DNA from: Candidatus Bathyarchaeota archaeon
GTDB lineage: Archaea > Thermoproteota > Bathyarchaeia > Bathyarchaeales > Bathycorpusculaceae
Length of the DNA: 64,000 nt
Assembly (NCBI GenBank): GCA_963733095.1
Contig: CAVTBV010000007.1
Location: 109,665-173,664 of the forward strand
Direction: 5' to 3'
Shown one piece after another: positions 16,635 through 25,860 of this stretch (its first letter is position 1; the number at the start of each line of letters is the position of its first letter). The notes below the pieces were generated by a model that worked only from the letters and a program-made list of their open reading frames with translations, did not search any database and was not told the origin of the DNA. A program made the translations under genes and the position numbers.

Positions 16635-19526
16635 TTATGGTCGTTTTCTGAGCATCAATAGAGCTAGCATAATGCCAACTACAATTATAGTGATAATTGT
16701 GGCAATTATTCCGGGCAGTATATATTGGTCAGACGTTGAAGCAGGTGCGGATGTTGGTCCAGCTGTTGATGCTGGTGCTTGCATTACTGTAAATCTGTCT
16801 TCTGTTGAAGATGGCCAGTAGCCATTGGTGCCTTGGAAGTTTGCGATAACAGTGAAGTCACCTGGAATGTCAGGTGTCCATGTTAAGCTGTAGGTGCCTG
16901 TTTCATCAGTTGTTGCCGTTCCAATAGTCCTATAGTTACCGTTAGAGTCCAAAACGTTTATCGTGACTGGAACGCCGGTGAAGTTGTTAGGCAGGGGTTT
17001 TTGTTGGTAGACGTAACCCATCCAGTCCTTCATGCTTGCGTCAGAAGCAACTGGAACTCCCTTGGGGAAGTCAGCTGCCTGCTGGTCTTGGTTTGTGCCT
17101 GCTGAAATATCCATTACTGTGCCTTTGATCACGATTGGTGTTCCCTCTGGCACACCCACGTTTGGTGCTGTGACGGTAGTTGTACTCGGTCCTCTGCCTA
17201 CGCTGTAGATTTGGTTGTCGTATCCATTGTAAAATGTTGCAAAGCCATCTGCGATAGCGAAACTGATAAGATTAAATTCTCCAACGTATGATGAAAGAGT
17301 CCAAATTTCTTGTCCCGTGGATGCGTTAACAGCCCGTACTAGTGCACCTTTGTAAATTGGATCAGTGATAGTGTGTTCAGTGCTTGCCAAGTATATTACT
17401 CCATTACCGATAGCGTTTATGAAAGTTGGATATTCACCATAAAAGACGTTCAAGCCCGCGTAAGTTGTGTTGCCTTCCCCGCCATTGCCAAAGGTAAACA
17501 CCAAGTCTCCAGTTGTTAAATTCCAGCAGTACAGTATTCCTGCGAATGCACTTGCGTAGAGGTTGCCGTAAGCAGCTTGATAGTCGGCGTCTGGAGTGCC
17601 GGGTTCGCCATAATAGTCAAAGGGTGCGCGAGGTTCAGTTGGACCCCATATTCTTTCGCCCGTGGCCAGGCTGTATCCTACAACTTGCATAGTTTCTCCA
17701 TATGATTCAGTGAATACACCGTGTCCATTGTCGGCTGTTGGATCAATTACGCCTGATACGACAGTGAGGTTTCCTGCGGGAGGGTTATACGTCTTGGTCC
17801 AAAGTACCTGACCTATTGAGCCTTTAGAAGAGTCAAGATTGATGGTAAAGTAGGTGTATGGATCTTGCGGTAAACCATTTTTATTTGCTGCAAAACCATT
17901 AGGCAATGTACCGATTCTGCAAAGCAACAGATTGTTGGTGAAAGCTGCAACAATCGTAGGTGCTGAGGTCTGAGTATTAAGTGATGATATTGAAACGTTC
18001 CAGTCGTAAGTAGTTGTTCCGTGGCCAGAAAGAGTTCCGCCTATAGTAGAGGAGTTAAGTGGGACGTTTGCATCGACTATAAGCGCAGAGCCATAAGGTA
18101 CCTGAGTGGTGCGTCCATTTGGCAGATAACCATTTGTGCCTGTAACTGGAATAGGGACATTTGTGACTAGGACTCCGTTGCTTGCATTTATGATGGACGG
18201 CGACAGGCTTCCGCCTCCAGTGTATGGGTTAATGTCGTATTGCCAAAGCTTGCTTGAGTTCCACTGAGCCAAATACCATTGTGGATTCGAATTTGTGCCT
18301 GCGTTTGCAAAGACATACCTCAATTGTTCACCGTTTGGACCTGCAGCTGGAGCACCATTTGGAACATTAGTCACATTAAACATTGGATCTCCAGTGTAAG
18401 CATTGAAAGCTTGGGCAAAGTTTGATGTAAACAGTATTGGCGGAAAAACTCCGTGTTGATCTGGATCCCACAGGTTGAATATGTAGCCGAAAGAGAGCGC
18501 AGGGACATCGGTTCGAGACCAGATGAGTTCCCCTGTGCGGAGGTCAACGCAGTCTGTTGGTCCAGTATAGGGTCCGTTAAACCATATTGGTTCGGTGTAG
18601 TATAGGTATCCGTTGATTATTATGGGGTTTGTGTATCTGTTTTGGTAGGATGAGCCTTCGAAGTAGGCAGCTCCTGGAACTGCTCCATTAGGGTTTGAGC
18701 CACCAGCAACAAATGGGTTTCCTCCAACGACTCCACCCATTTCCATTGGTTTTGTCCACATTATGTGGGACGTTAAAGGTCCAACAGCATCTCCAGGGTA
18801 TCGCTGGATTTGGTTGCCGTTGCTGAGACCGCTGATAAATCCTGATCCTGTTGCTGACGCTACTGCTGATCCTGTTCCAAGCCAGTTTGATGAAATCGTC
18901 CACCAATCAGTGTTCTCGCCATATATTGGATGTGTCCAGTATTGGGTAGGTAGAGGATAGCTACTTATGGCTTCAGGTATTGGGTCTTGCTCTACAGTGA
19001 GAGTCGTTGATACAGAGCTAGGCAAATATGTGTCGTTAATTAGGGAGGATTTTTCGTAGTGTTCATATTGAGCATAGGCTTGTCCTGGAAAGCTGAAGTT
19101 GAAAGTGTATGTGCCGACTTGGTCGGGAGTGATTTTTGTAAATTGTGATGATGTGGTATCAGAGATGACATCAAATGTCTGTGTTGTTGATGTGCCGTCC
19201 GGTGCTGTTATAGTGAGTTTGTAGTTGTGGAACCTATAGTTGTTTGCAAGCAATGCTGCACTAGCGGTAGAACCATTCGTTCCAATATCCGCGGTAGTTC
19301 CCCCTGCTGCGCCGAAAACACAATCAAGCCACATGTAGATGTGTGCTGTTTGTCCGACACCAATAGGGGAAGGTGCCGCAACAATGAAGGCGTACGTTGG
19401 AATTTGCCAGCCTGGATCATGAGCACTAACATTTGGCACTAACATAGTTGATGTTCCTATAGAAACTGTCAAGATTACTGCAATCAAAATAGCCATAGAT
19501 TTACTTTTCAAAGTTTTCATTTGCAT
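16635..19526 (-). CDS. Membrane-anchored PQQ-like beta-propeller surface protein, paralog 1
   Basis: Signal peptide, DLRTGELIW / NLTTGDLVF / NASTGQEIW propeller repeats, C-terminal Ig-like region, TM helix + RKRP tail. Confidence 0.85.
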   Translation of the reverse strand: MQMKTLKSKSMAILIAVILTVSIGTSTMLVPNVSAHDPGWQIPTYAFIVAAPSPIGVGQTAHIYMWLDCVFGAAGGTTADIGTNGSTASAALLANNYRFHNYKLTITAPDGTSTTQTFDVISDTTSSQFTKITPDQVGTYTFNFSFPGQAYAQYEHYEKSSLINDTYLPSSVSTTLTVEQDPIPEAISSYPLPTQYWTHPIYGENTDWWTISSNWLGTGSAVASATGSGFISGLSNGNQIQRYPGDAVGPLTSHIMWTKPMEMGGVVGGNPFVAGGSNPNGAVPGAAYFEGSSYQNRYTNPIIINGYLYYTEPIWFNGPYTGPTDCVDLRTGELIWSRTDVPALSFGYIFNLWDPDQHGVFPPILFTSNFAQAFNAYTGDPMFNVTNVPNGAPAAGPNGEQLRYVFANAGTNSNPQWYLAQWNSSKLWQYDINPYTGGGSLSPSIINASNGVLVTNVPIPVTGTNGYLPNGRTTQVPYGSALIVDANVPLNSSTIGGTLSGHGTTTYDWNVSISSLNTQTSAPTIVAAFTNNLLLCRIGTLPNGFAANKNGLPQDPYTYFTINLDSSKGSIGQVLWTKTYNPPAGNLTVVSGVIDPTADNGHGVFTESYGETMQVVGYSLATGERIWGPTEPRAPFDYYGEPGTPDADYQAAYGNLYASAFAGILYCWNLTTGDLVFTFGNGGEGNTTYAGLNVFYGEYPTFINAIGNGVIYLASTEHTITDPIYKGALVRAVNASTGQEIWTLSSYVGEFNLISFAIADGFATFYNGYDNQIYSVGRGPSTTTVTAPNVGVPEGTPIVIKGTVMDISAGTNQDQQAADFPKGVPVASDASMKDWMGYVYQQKPLPNNFTGVPVTINVLDSNGNYRTIGTATTDETGTYSLTWTPDIPGDFTVIANFQGTNGYWPSSTEDRFTVMQAPASTAGPTSAPASTSDQYILPGIIATIITIIVVGIMLALLMLRKRP

Positions 19527-19640
19527 TTTTCTTCCTTCAATTTTAGAATTGAGTGAAGTAACCACTTCACACAAATTAGCTACTGCAAAGGTTTCACTAT
19601 AAATAACTTATCCAACTCTCTCCATCCAAAAAAGAGAAAA

Positions 19641-19863
19641 TATTAACTTCATTATACATAAAAAATCTAGTTATCGCACTGTTGTTAAACGAACAAAATA
19701 ATTTTTGAAGATCAAAATTCAGGATACTCTTTTCATCTAAGCAAATTTATGGATTACAACTTTTCTATTAAGGAGTATTTTAAGTGACTATCCGGTTATT
19801 GGTCTTTGGGCAATTCAAAGCTAATTGATTAGGGATAAGGCTAAACCGGAAAAGGTCATGCAG
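19641..19863. repeat. ~220-bp direct repeat (family F), left copy
   Basis: ATCGCACTGTTGTT.AACGAACAAA...CTCTTTTCATCTAAGCAA...GCAATTCAAAGCTA shared with 22868-23086 and partly about 24567-24625. Confidence 0.8.
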
Positions 19864-19964
19864 ACGGAGGAAATGCCGCACTTTTTGCAGTACGCACCGC
19901 CGCCTGCAGGATGACCTTCAGACATTTCCTGATCTAATTTTTCTTTAATCTGTAAAATTGTCGT

Positions 19965-20054
19965 CAGTGGGCACTGGATACTCCAAAAATTTATAAAGAA
20001 ATCCCGTAAATAAGGGGTTTTGGACAAGGACTTCTTTTCGATTTTGTTCTTGTC
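19965..20054 (+). promoter_or_regulatory. Conserved promoter (CAGTGGGCAC box, TTATAAAG TATA) and leader hairpin of paralog 2
   Basis: Same elements upstream of paralogs 3 and 4. Confidence 0.65.
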
Positions 20055-20082
20055 ACATAAAAATAAAAGGAGAAAAAGTCAA

Positions 20083-22740
20083 ATGCAAAATTTAAAAGGC
20101 AAAACTATGGCTATTTTAGCCGTCGCAATCTTGACAATCTCTATGGGAGCAATATTCTCACAGACTGTGAATGCGCATACACCAGCATGGAACATCCCGA
20201 CTTATGCATACGTCAACGTTGCACCTAACCCCGCAGGGCTAGGCCAGACTGTTAACATAGGTATGTGGATTAACAACCCCCCACCAGACGCAAGTCGCAC
20301 CTACGGTGACCGATGGAATAACTTCATGGTGACAATCACTAACCCTGACGGAACAACCGAAAAATTAGGACCATTTTCATCCGACGATACAGGAGGAACC
20401 CACGCAGACTTTACACCCAGCCAACTTGGCAACTACAGCTTCTTCTTTAGCTTCCCAGGACAAACACTTGCAGGAAACAATCTCGACCCGACATCAGGCG
20501 GAGCAGCAGCTTATCCAAACATAGGAGACTATTACTTACCGAGCAATGCAACGACAACCCTTACAGTTCAACAAACAGCAGTACCAATCATTCCTCAAAC
20601 ACCACTTCCAACAAGTTACTGGACTCGACCAATAGAATCAGTAAACCAATACTGGTACATCATCAGCGGCAACTGGCTCGGACTCGGCGCTTCCACTTTT
20701 TCAACAACTGGACAGTACAACACCAACGGAAACTATAACCCGTACACAACAGCACCAACAACAGCTCACTTACTATGGACAAAACCAGCAGCACCCGGAG
20801 GCTTAATTGGAGGAGAATTCGGCTATGATGAAACAAGCAACTTCAATGCACCACAACAATACCAGCCCAAATTTGCTCCAGTAATCATGAACGGTATATT
20901 ATACTACGAACAATACCCCAATGCGCAATCCACACCCGAAGGATGGGTTGCCGTAAACTTACACACTGGAGAGACACTTTGGACCATAAACCCAAATGCA
21001 GACTTATTATGTGGTCAACTGCTTGATTATGTAACTCCTAATCAATACGGTGCACTCACATATCTTTGGGGCATCGCGCCAACAACAGCTCACGGAGCGG
21101 TTGGAAGTGTCGTGCATCCCAACACACCTCCGAACACTGGTACAACATACACGTTATATGATGCAACAACAGGCAACTATGTACTATCCATAGTTAACGG
21201 AACAGGAATGACACTCACTGAAGATGCAGGAGGAAACCTGATAGGGTACTACGTTAACTCAAGCACCGCAAACCAATGGAAAAAACCAACATTAAACATG
21301 TGGAATTCCACACAATGTATCGACAAACTAAACCCTGCAACACCAGGATATTCATATGCTAAGCAATCTGAATGGTACTGGGAACCAATCCAAGGCGATG
21401 TTATCCCATTTAGCTACGGAATACAATGGTCAGCACCATTATCCACAGACATCAACGGCGCAGCACTCCCAGGAACTCTATCAATCAGCGGCACCAGCTT
21501 GGGAGAAAGTAACGTAGTGCTCATGATATCAGCAGCAACTGGAGGAACAGGCAGCTTCCAAATAGGCTACCAAATCGAAGCAGGCTACGACGCAACCACA
21601 GGAGCACAGCTCTGGATAACCAACCGAACCGAAGTACAGAACACAAGACTATACACTCTTCCAGCAACCGCAGGAAACTTTGCAGAAGTCAACTACAACA
21701 CAGCAACCGTCAACGGATACAGCATGACGACTGGAAAACAGGTCTGGGGACCCATAGCACTTCCAAACCCTGACCCCTACGACAGTCTTGGAGGGTACCA
21801 AGCAGTATCTGCTAACGGAACCTGCTACATGTGGGGATTCGGAGGAACCATATATGCAATCGACATGTCTAATGGAAACATTGTTTGGCACACAACGACA
21901 GAGGAGCTAAGCGGTCCCTCAGGTTCAGATACTCCCTACGGAACATGGCCAATATGGACCTTCACCGTCGGCTCAGTCGCAGGCGGCGAACTATTTGTAC
22001 CAGAAGGCCACCAGTACAGTCCGCCGATGTTTAGAGGAGCCAGCCAACTAGCAGTAAACCTAACCAACGGACAACTGGTATGGAGCATGCTTGGATTCGA
22101 CGTCACAAGCGGACCAGCCATCGCAGACGGCATCATGACAGCATTCAATTCCTACGACAACCAGATCTACGCTTATGGCATGGGAGCAACAGAAACCACT
22201 GTCAACGCACCCAGCGTTGGCGTTACCACTTCTACACCTATTACTATAAGCGGCACAATCACTGACCTCTCCGCTGGTTCACAACAAGAAGCAGCAGCAG
22301 CAAACTTCCCCCACGGACTACCAGCAGTTTCCGACGCAAGCCAAACCGGCTGGATGGAATACGTCTACATGCAGCAACCTTTCCCAACAAACACAACAGG
22401 CGTTCCAATCACAGTTAGCGTCATTGACTCAAACGGCAACACCAGACAAATCGGCAGCACCACAAGCGATAGCAGCGGAACTTTCGCTTTAACATGGACT
22501 CCTGACATACCAGGCGACTACACGGTTATCGCAAACTTTGCAGGCTCAGAATCATATTATCCATCAAGCGCGGAAGCACACTTCACAGCCGCCGAACCAG
22601 CATCCACAGCTCCCCCCGTTGCAGCAACTGCACCATCGATGGCAGATCAATACTTCCTTCCATCAGTCGCAGCCATAATCGTCGTCATCATAATAGTCGG
22701 TGCTGTACTGGCTCTGTTGATGCTCAGGAAACGACCATAA
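20083..22740 (+). CDS. Membrane-anchored PQQ-like beta-propeller surface protein, paralog 2
   Basis: AAAGGAG RBS before ATG 20083; signal peptide; NLHTGETLW / DATTGAQLW / NLTNGQLVW repeats; TM + RKRP. Confidence 0.85.
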   Translation: MQNLKGKTMAILAVAILTISMGAIFSQTVNAHTPAWNIPTYAYVNVAPNPAGLGQTVNIGMWINNPPPDASRTYGDRWNNFMVTITNPDGTTEKLGPFSSDDTGGTHADFTPSQLGNYSFFFSFPGQTLAGNNLDPTSGGAAAYPNIGDYYLPSNATTTLTVQQTAVPIIPQTPLPTSYWTRPIESVNQYWYIISGNWLGLGASTFSTTGQYNTNGNYNPYTTAPTTAHLLWTKPAAPGGLIGGEFGYDETSNFNAPQQYQPKFAPVIMNGILYYEQYPNAQSTPEGWVAVNLHTGETLWTINPNADLLCGQLLDYVTPNQYGALTYLWGIAPTTAHGAVGSVVHPNTPPNTGTTYTLYDATTGNYVLSIVNGTGMTLTEDAGGNLIGYYVNSSTANQWKKPTLNMWNSTQCIDKLNPATPGYSYAKQSEWYWEPIQGDVIPFSYGIQWSAPLSTDINGAALPGTLSISGTSLGESNVVLMISAATGGTGSFQIGYQIEAGYDATTGAQLWITNRTEVQNTRLYTLPATAGNFAEVNYNTATVNGYSMTTGKQVWGPIALPNPDPYDSLGGYQAVSANGTCYMWGFGGTIYAIDMSNGNIVWHTTTEELSGPSGSDTPYGTWPIWTFTVGSVAGGELFVPEGHQYSPPMFRGASQLAVNLTNGQLVWSMLGFDVTSGPAIADGIMTAFNSYDNQIYAYGMGATETTVNAPSVGVTTSTPITISGTITDLSAGSQQEAAAANFPHGLPAVSDASQTGWMEYVYMQQPFPTNTTGVPITVSVIDSNGNTRQIGSTTSDSSGTFALTWTPDIPGDYTVIANFAGSESYYPSSAEAHFTAAEPASTAPPVAATAPSMADQYFLPSVAAIIVVIIIVGAVLALLMLRKRP

Positions 22741-22760
22741 AAACGCCAAAATAAATCCCA

Positions 22761-22784
22761 TCTTTCCCCTTTTTTTAGTTTTTT
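22761..22784 (+). terminator. Archaeal oligo-T terminator
   Basis: TTCCCCTTTTTTTAGTTTTTT just after the stop; similar tracts follow all four paralogs. Confidence 0.55.
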
Positions 22785-22867
22785 AAACGCATTAGAGAAA
22801 AAATGAGGGCTGAGTAGGCTTTGGTTACCAATTATCCCGGGATTATTTTCTTATAAAAAAGTAAAAG

Positions 22868-23086
22868 GATTAACTCCATTACACACAAAAAACCTAGTCA
22901 TCGCACTGTTGTTGAACGAACAAATAGTCTTTTGAGGATAATTCCGGAACCTCTTTTCATCTAAGCAACTGTATCGATTACAACTGTCCTACTGCAGAAT
23001 ATTTTGAGCGACTGCCCAGTTATTGATCTTGAGCAATTCAAAGCTATCTAATTAAAGATAAAGCGAAACTACAAAATGTTATGCAG
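22868..23086. repeat. ~220-bp direct repeat (family F), right copy
   Basis: Colinear with 19641-19863. Confidence 0.8.
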
Positions 23087-23504
23087 CAAGAACAGAAAAA
23101 CTTCCAAGACATATTGCTGAAAAAATCAAAAGTGGCAAAGCATCAGCCTGGAAAAGCCTATTGCCCTTCTTTGAACCCTAAAACCTTGTGCCGTCATCCT
23201 TCTCAATTCACGAGATGGCGAACACCTGAACCTAATTAGACATTAAGCGGAAAATGCAATCCTTCTCGCAGAAGGCTTTTTTTCTAAGCTGTTACAAAAT
23301 CGCTCAGAAAACTTGGGTATTCTCGGCAAGTTCCCAACCCTAGGCACCAACGACCGTTCTTAGCTAAGCTCTATCATAGCACTTTTTCTTTATAACTTTG
23401 AACATAAATTATAAGGCTCATGTTGTTACTTCCATGCCGAATAGCTTGATGAGTATGAAAACATTTAAGTGCGATATTCAAATAATTCTTACAGAGGATA
23501 AAAG

Positions 23505-23735
23505 TTGGAAAATGAAATTGTCGTAAAAAAGAAAGGGCAGGCAACCATTCCAGCAAAAACTCGTAAAAAGTTCAAGATAGAAGAAGGCACCAAACTTCAA
23601 TTAATTGAAACAGAGGACAGCATAATATTAAAGCCTAAAAAGTCATTCTGGGATATGTTGGGCGCGTATTCCGAGTTTGGAACCCCTGAGGAAGTAAAAA
23701 AAGAACTTGACAAGCTCAGGCATGAAGATGAATAA
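23505..23735 (+). CDS. AbrB/MazE-type antitoxin
   Basis: VVKKKGQATIPAKTRKKFKIEEGTKL. Confidence 0.85.
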   Translation: MENEIVVKKKGQATIPAKTRKKFKIEEGTKLQLIETEDSIILKPKKSFWDMLGAYSEFGTPEEVKKELDKLRHEDE

Positions 23736-24108
23736 AGCAGTATATGACACGAGGTTCTTCGTCGACTCTTTCTACTCCAAAGATGAGTCGATGCTGAAAA
23801 AGATAAGAGCACATAGGGCGCGAAAAAGATACGTTTCAGCAATAGTTGTCCACGAAGTCTACAATCTTGCCATAAAAAGGGAAAGTCGAGAAACAGCGAA
23901 AAATCAAGTGGCTCATATAAAAGAAGAGTTTGAAGTAGTCCCTGTCGATGATCAAATAGCACAAATCTCCGCTGAGCTAAGACACAAATATAATCTCTCG
24001 ATGGGCGATAGCATGATTGCCGCCACAGCCTTCGTGCTTAAGGCAGTCTGCATTTCAGACGATCCGCATTTTGAGCAGATCAAAGAAATCGAAACAACAT
24101 GGATCTAA
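23722..24108 (+). CDS. vapC: PIN-domain toxin (VapC)
   Basis: VYDTRFF, VHEV, MGDSMIAATA, ISDDPHF. Confidence 0.9.
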   Translation: MKMNKAVYDTRFFVDSFYSKDESMLKKIRAHRARKRYVSAIVVHEVYNLAIKRESRETAKNQVAHIKEEFEVVPVDDQIAQISAELRHKYNLSMGDSMIAATAFVLKAVCISDDPHFEQIKEIETTWI

Positions 24109-24196
24109 TAAAGAACCTATTTTTGGATTAAGAAGACACGATATCCGTTTGTTGCCAAATTGAACCAAATTTAACAAGAAAGGCTCAATTTACATA

Positions 24197-24357
24197 GCCC
24201 TTTTAGGATCAGCAGATAGTCTTCTGAAAGAAGAAGGTTGCTGCACGGGCGCTTCTTCTTCTATTGGAGCTTTTTTCTTGTCGGCCACCGAAGCTACCCC
24301 AGATATCGCAGGTTTTTTTGCATCGCAAATTTTTTCGCCAGCGGAGCATAGATTTTT
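24197..24357. repeat. Repeat family A, copy 2
   Basis: TTTAGGATCAGC.GAT.GTCT, GAGCTTTTTTCTTGTC and CAAATTTTTTCGCCAGCGGAGC shared with 30750-30870. Confidence 0.7.
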
Positions 24358-24778
24358 TTGAAAACTAAAATTTTCTGTGGTATCTGTGGTTGTTGGGGTG
24401 GTTTTTAGTTGTGTTTGACCATATTTTTGAAGGAATAAGAAGGCTGTTTAGGACATGGTTTCTTTAGGCTGGCGAAGTAACCTGGAAACTTTTGTCAAGA
24501 TAATGGAATTAATAGATAAAATGTAGGGCGGCAGTTCTGGGAAACTAAAACAGTTTTTGACCTCCCAGGGCAATTCAAAACTACTTGATTAAGGAAAAGG
24601 CTAAACCGGAAAAGGTCGAGCAGGCAGAACAGGAATACTGCCAAAACACATTAGCTTGAAAAAGATTAAAGGCTCTACTTGCGCGACTAATTATCGAAAT
24701 AGAAAAATATCACACCAAAAAATAACCACTAACCTCAACTGCAAAAACTAATAAACCAAACACCCAGAGCAAACATCG

Positions 24779-25418
24779 CTAAGTCAAAAACTCTAAGAGC
24801 TTTTCCAGGTTGGGTATGATGCCGTCTGGGTTGGCTTCTTTTAGTTGTTGGATCGTTGCTATTCCTGTTGTCACGGCAATTGTTTTGATGCCGGCGGCTT
24901 TTCCTGTTAGGATATCTATTGGGCTGTCCCCGACGTAGAGGCATTCTTCTTTTTTTATTTTGAATTCTGTGATGATCTTGTTGAGTCCCTCCGGGTTAGG
25001 CTTATTCTTGACGTCTTCCTTGGCTAGCATAACGTCAAAATAATCTTTTAGCGAGAATTTCGATACGACTGCCTTTAATGGCTTGCTTGGTGTTGTGGTC
25101 AAAAGACCTAGCTTTATCCGCATAGATTTTAGAGTCTTCAGAGTGCTTTCAACGTGTGGTAGGAGCTGGCAGCGTGTGCTGCAAAACGCGGTGTACTCGT
25201 CAAAGACGTCTTTTTCAATTTCTTTTGCGGCGGATCTCGGTTATATGGGCTTTTGAGCTTATAATGTCGATGAGTGGAAGTCCAGCCATGCCACCAAGTA
25301 ATTCGACCTCGATTGGCGGCAACCCCTTCTTTTTGAGCGCATCATTTAAGGCGTCAAAGACCATCGCCATCGAATCCACTATTGTACCGTCGAAATCAAA
25401 CACAACGCCCTTAATCAT
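24779..25418 (-). pseudogene. HAD-family phosphatase (Gph-like) with one frameshift near 25235
   Basis: VVFDFDGTIVDS motif I in the upstream ORF; KPNPE and VGDSPIDI in the downstream ORF; removing one base joins them (..ESAAKEIEKDVF..). Confidence 0.8.
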
Positions 25419-25477
25419 CAAATCTCCCAGTCGGAGATGAACCATCTTTTATTAAAAGCTAATTGAGGCACTTACTG

Positions 25478-25655
25478 GTTTATCCAAAAATCTCTAACTT
25501 AGCCACATGGTTTCAGGTAAGTCCTTGAAGTGCTGGTACGCGGTTAGAATTTTGCTTTGATATTGGTCAGTTAAATATTAAGCCGGCTTTCTATAAACCA
25601 ACATATTCCCCTACAGTTTTGATAAATCGATCGCTAGAAAGGTTATAGAGTTGCA
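25478..25655 (-). pseudogene. Internally deleted relic of the vapBC-4 module
   Basis: Degenerate match to the vapC 3' end (15660-15745) fused to repeat D, which lies upstream of vapB-4. Confidence 0.6.
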
Positions 25656-25740
25656 TTCAGAATTCAACTTGCAGGCGGACCTCTATTAGTTTAGGTATGA
25701 CAATTTCTTGATATTTTTCGTCTATCTACAAAATTGTAGT

Positions 25741-25832
25741 CAGTGGGCACCGAATTCCCCCAAGACTTATAAAGAGAAATCCATAATCAAGGGGTTTATG
25801 GCAAGGACATCTTTTCGATCTTTTTCTTGTCA
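25741..25832 (+). promoter_or_regulatory. Conserved promoter and leader hairpin of paralog 3
   Basis: CAGTGGGCAC at 25741, TTATAAAG at 25767 (same 26-bp offset as paralog 2), TGGCAAGGA/TTCTTGTCA stem. Confidence 0.65.
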
Positions 25833-25860
25833 TAAAAGAATTAAAGGAAGAAAAAACCAA

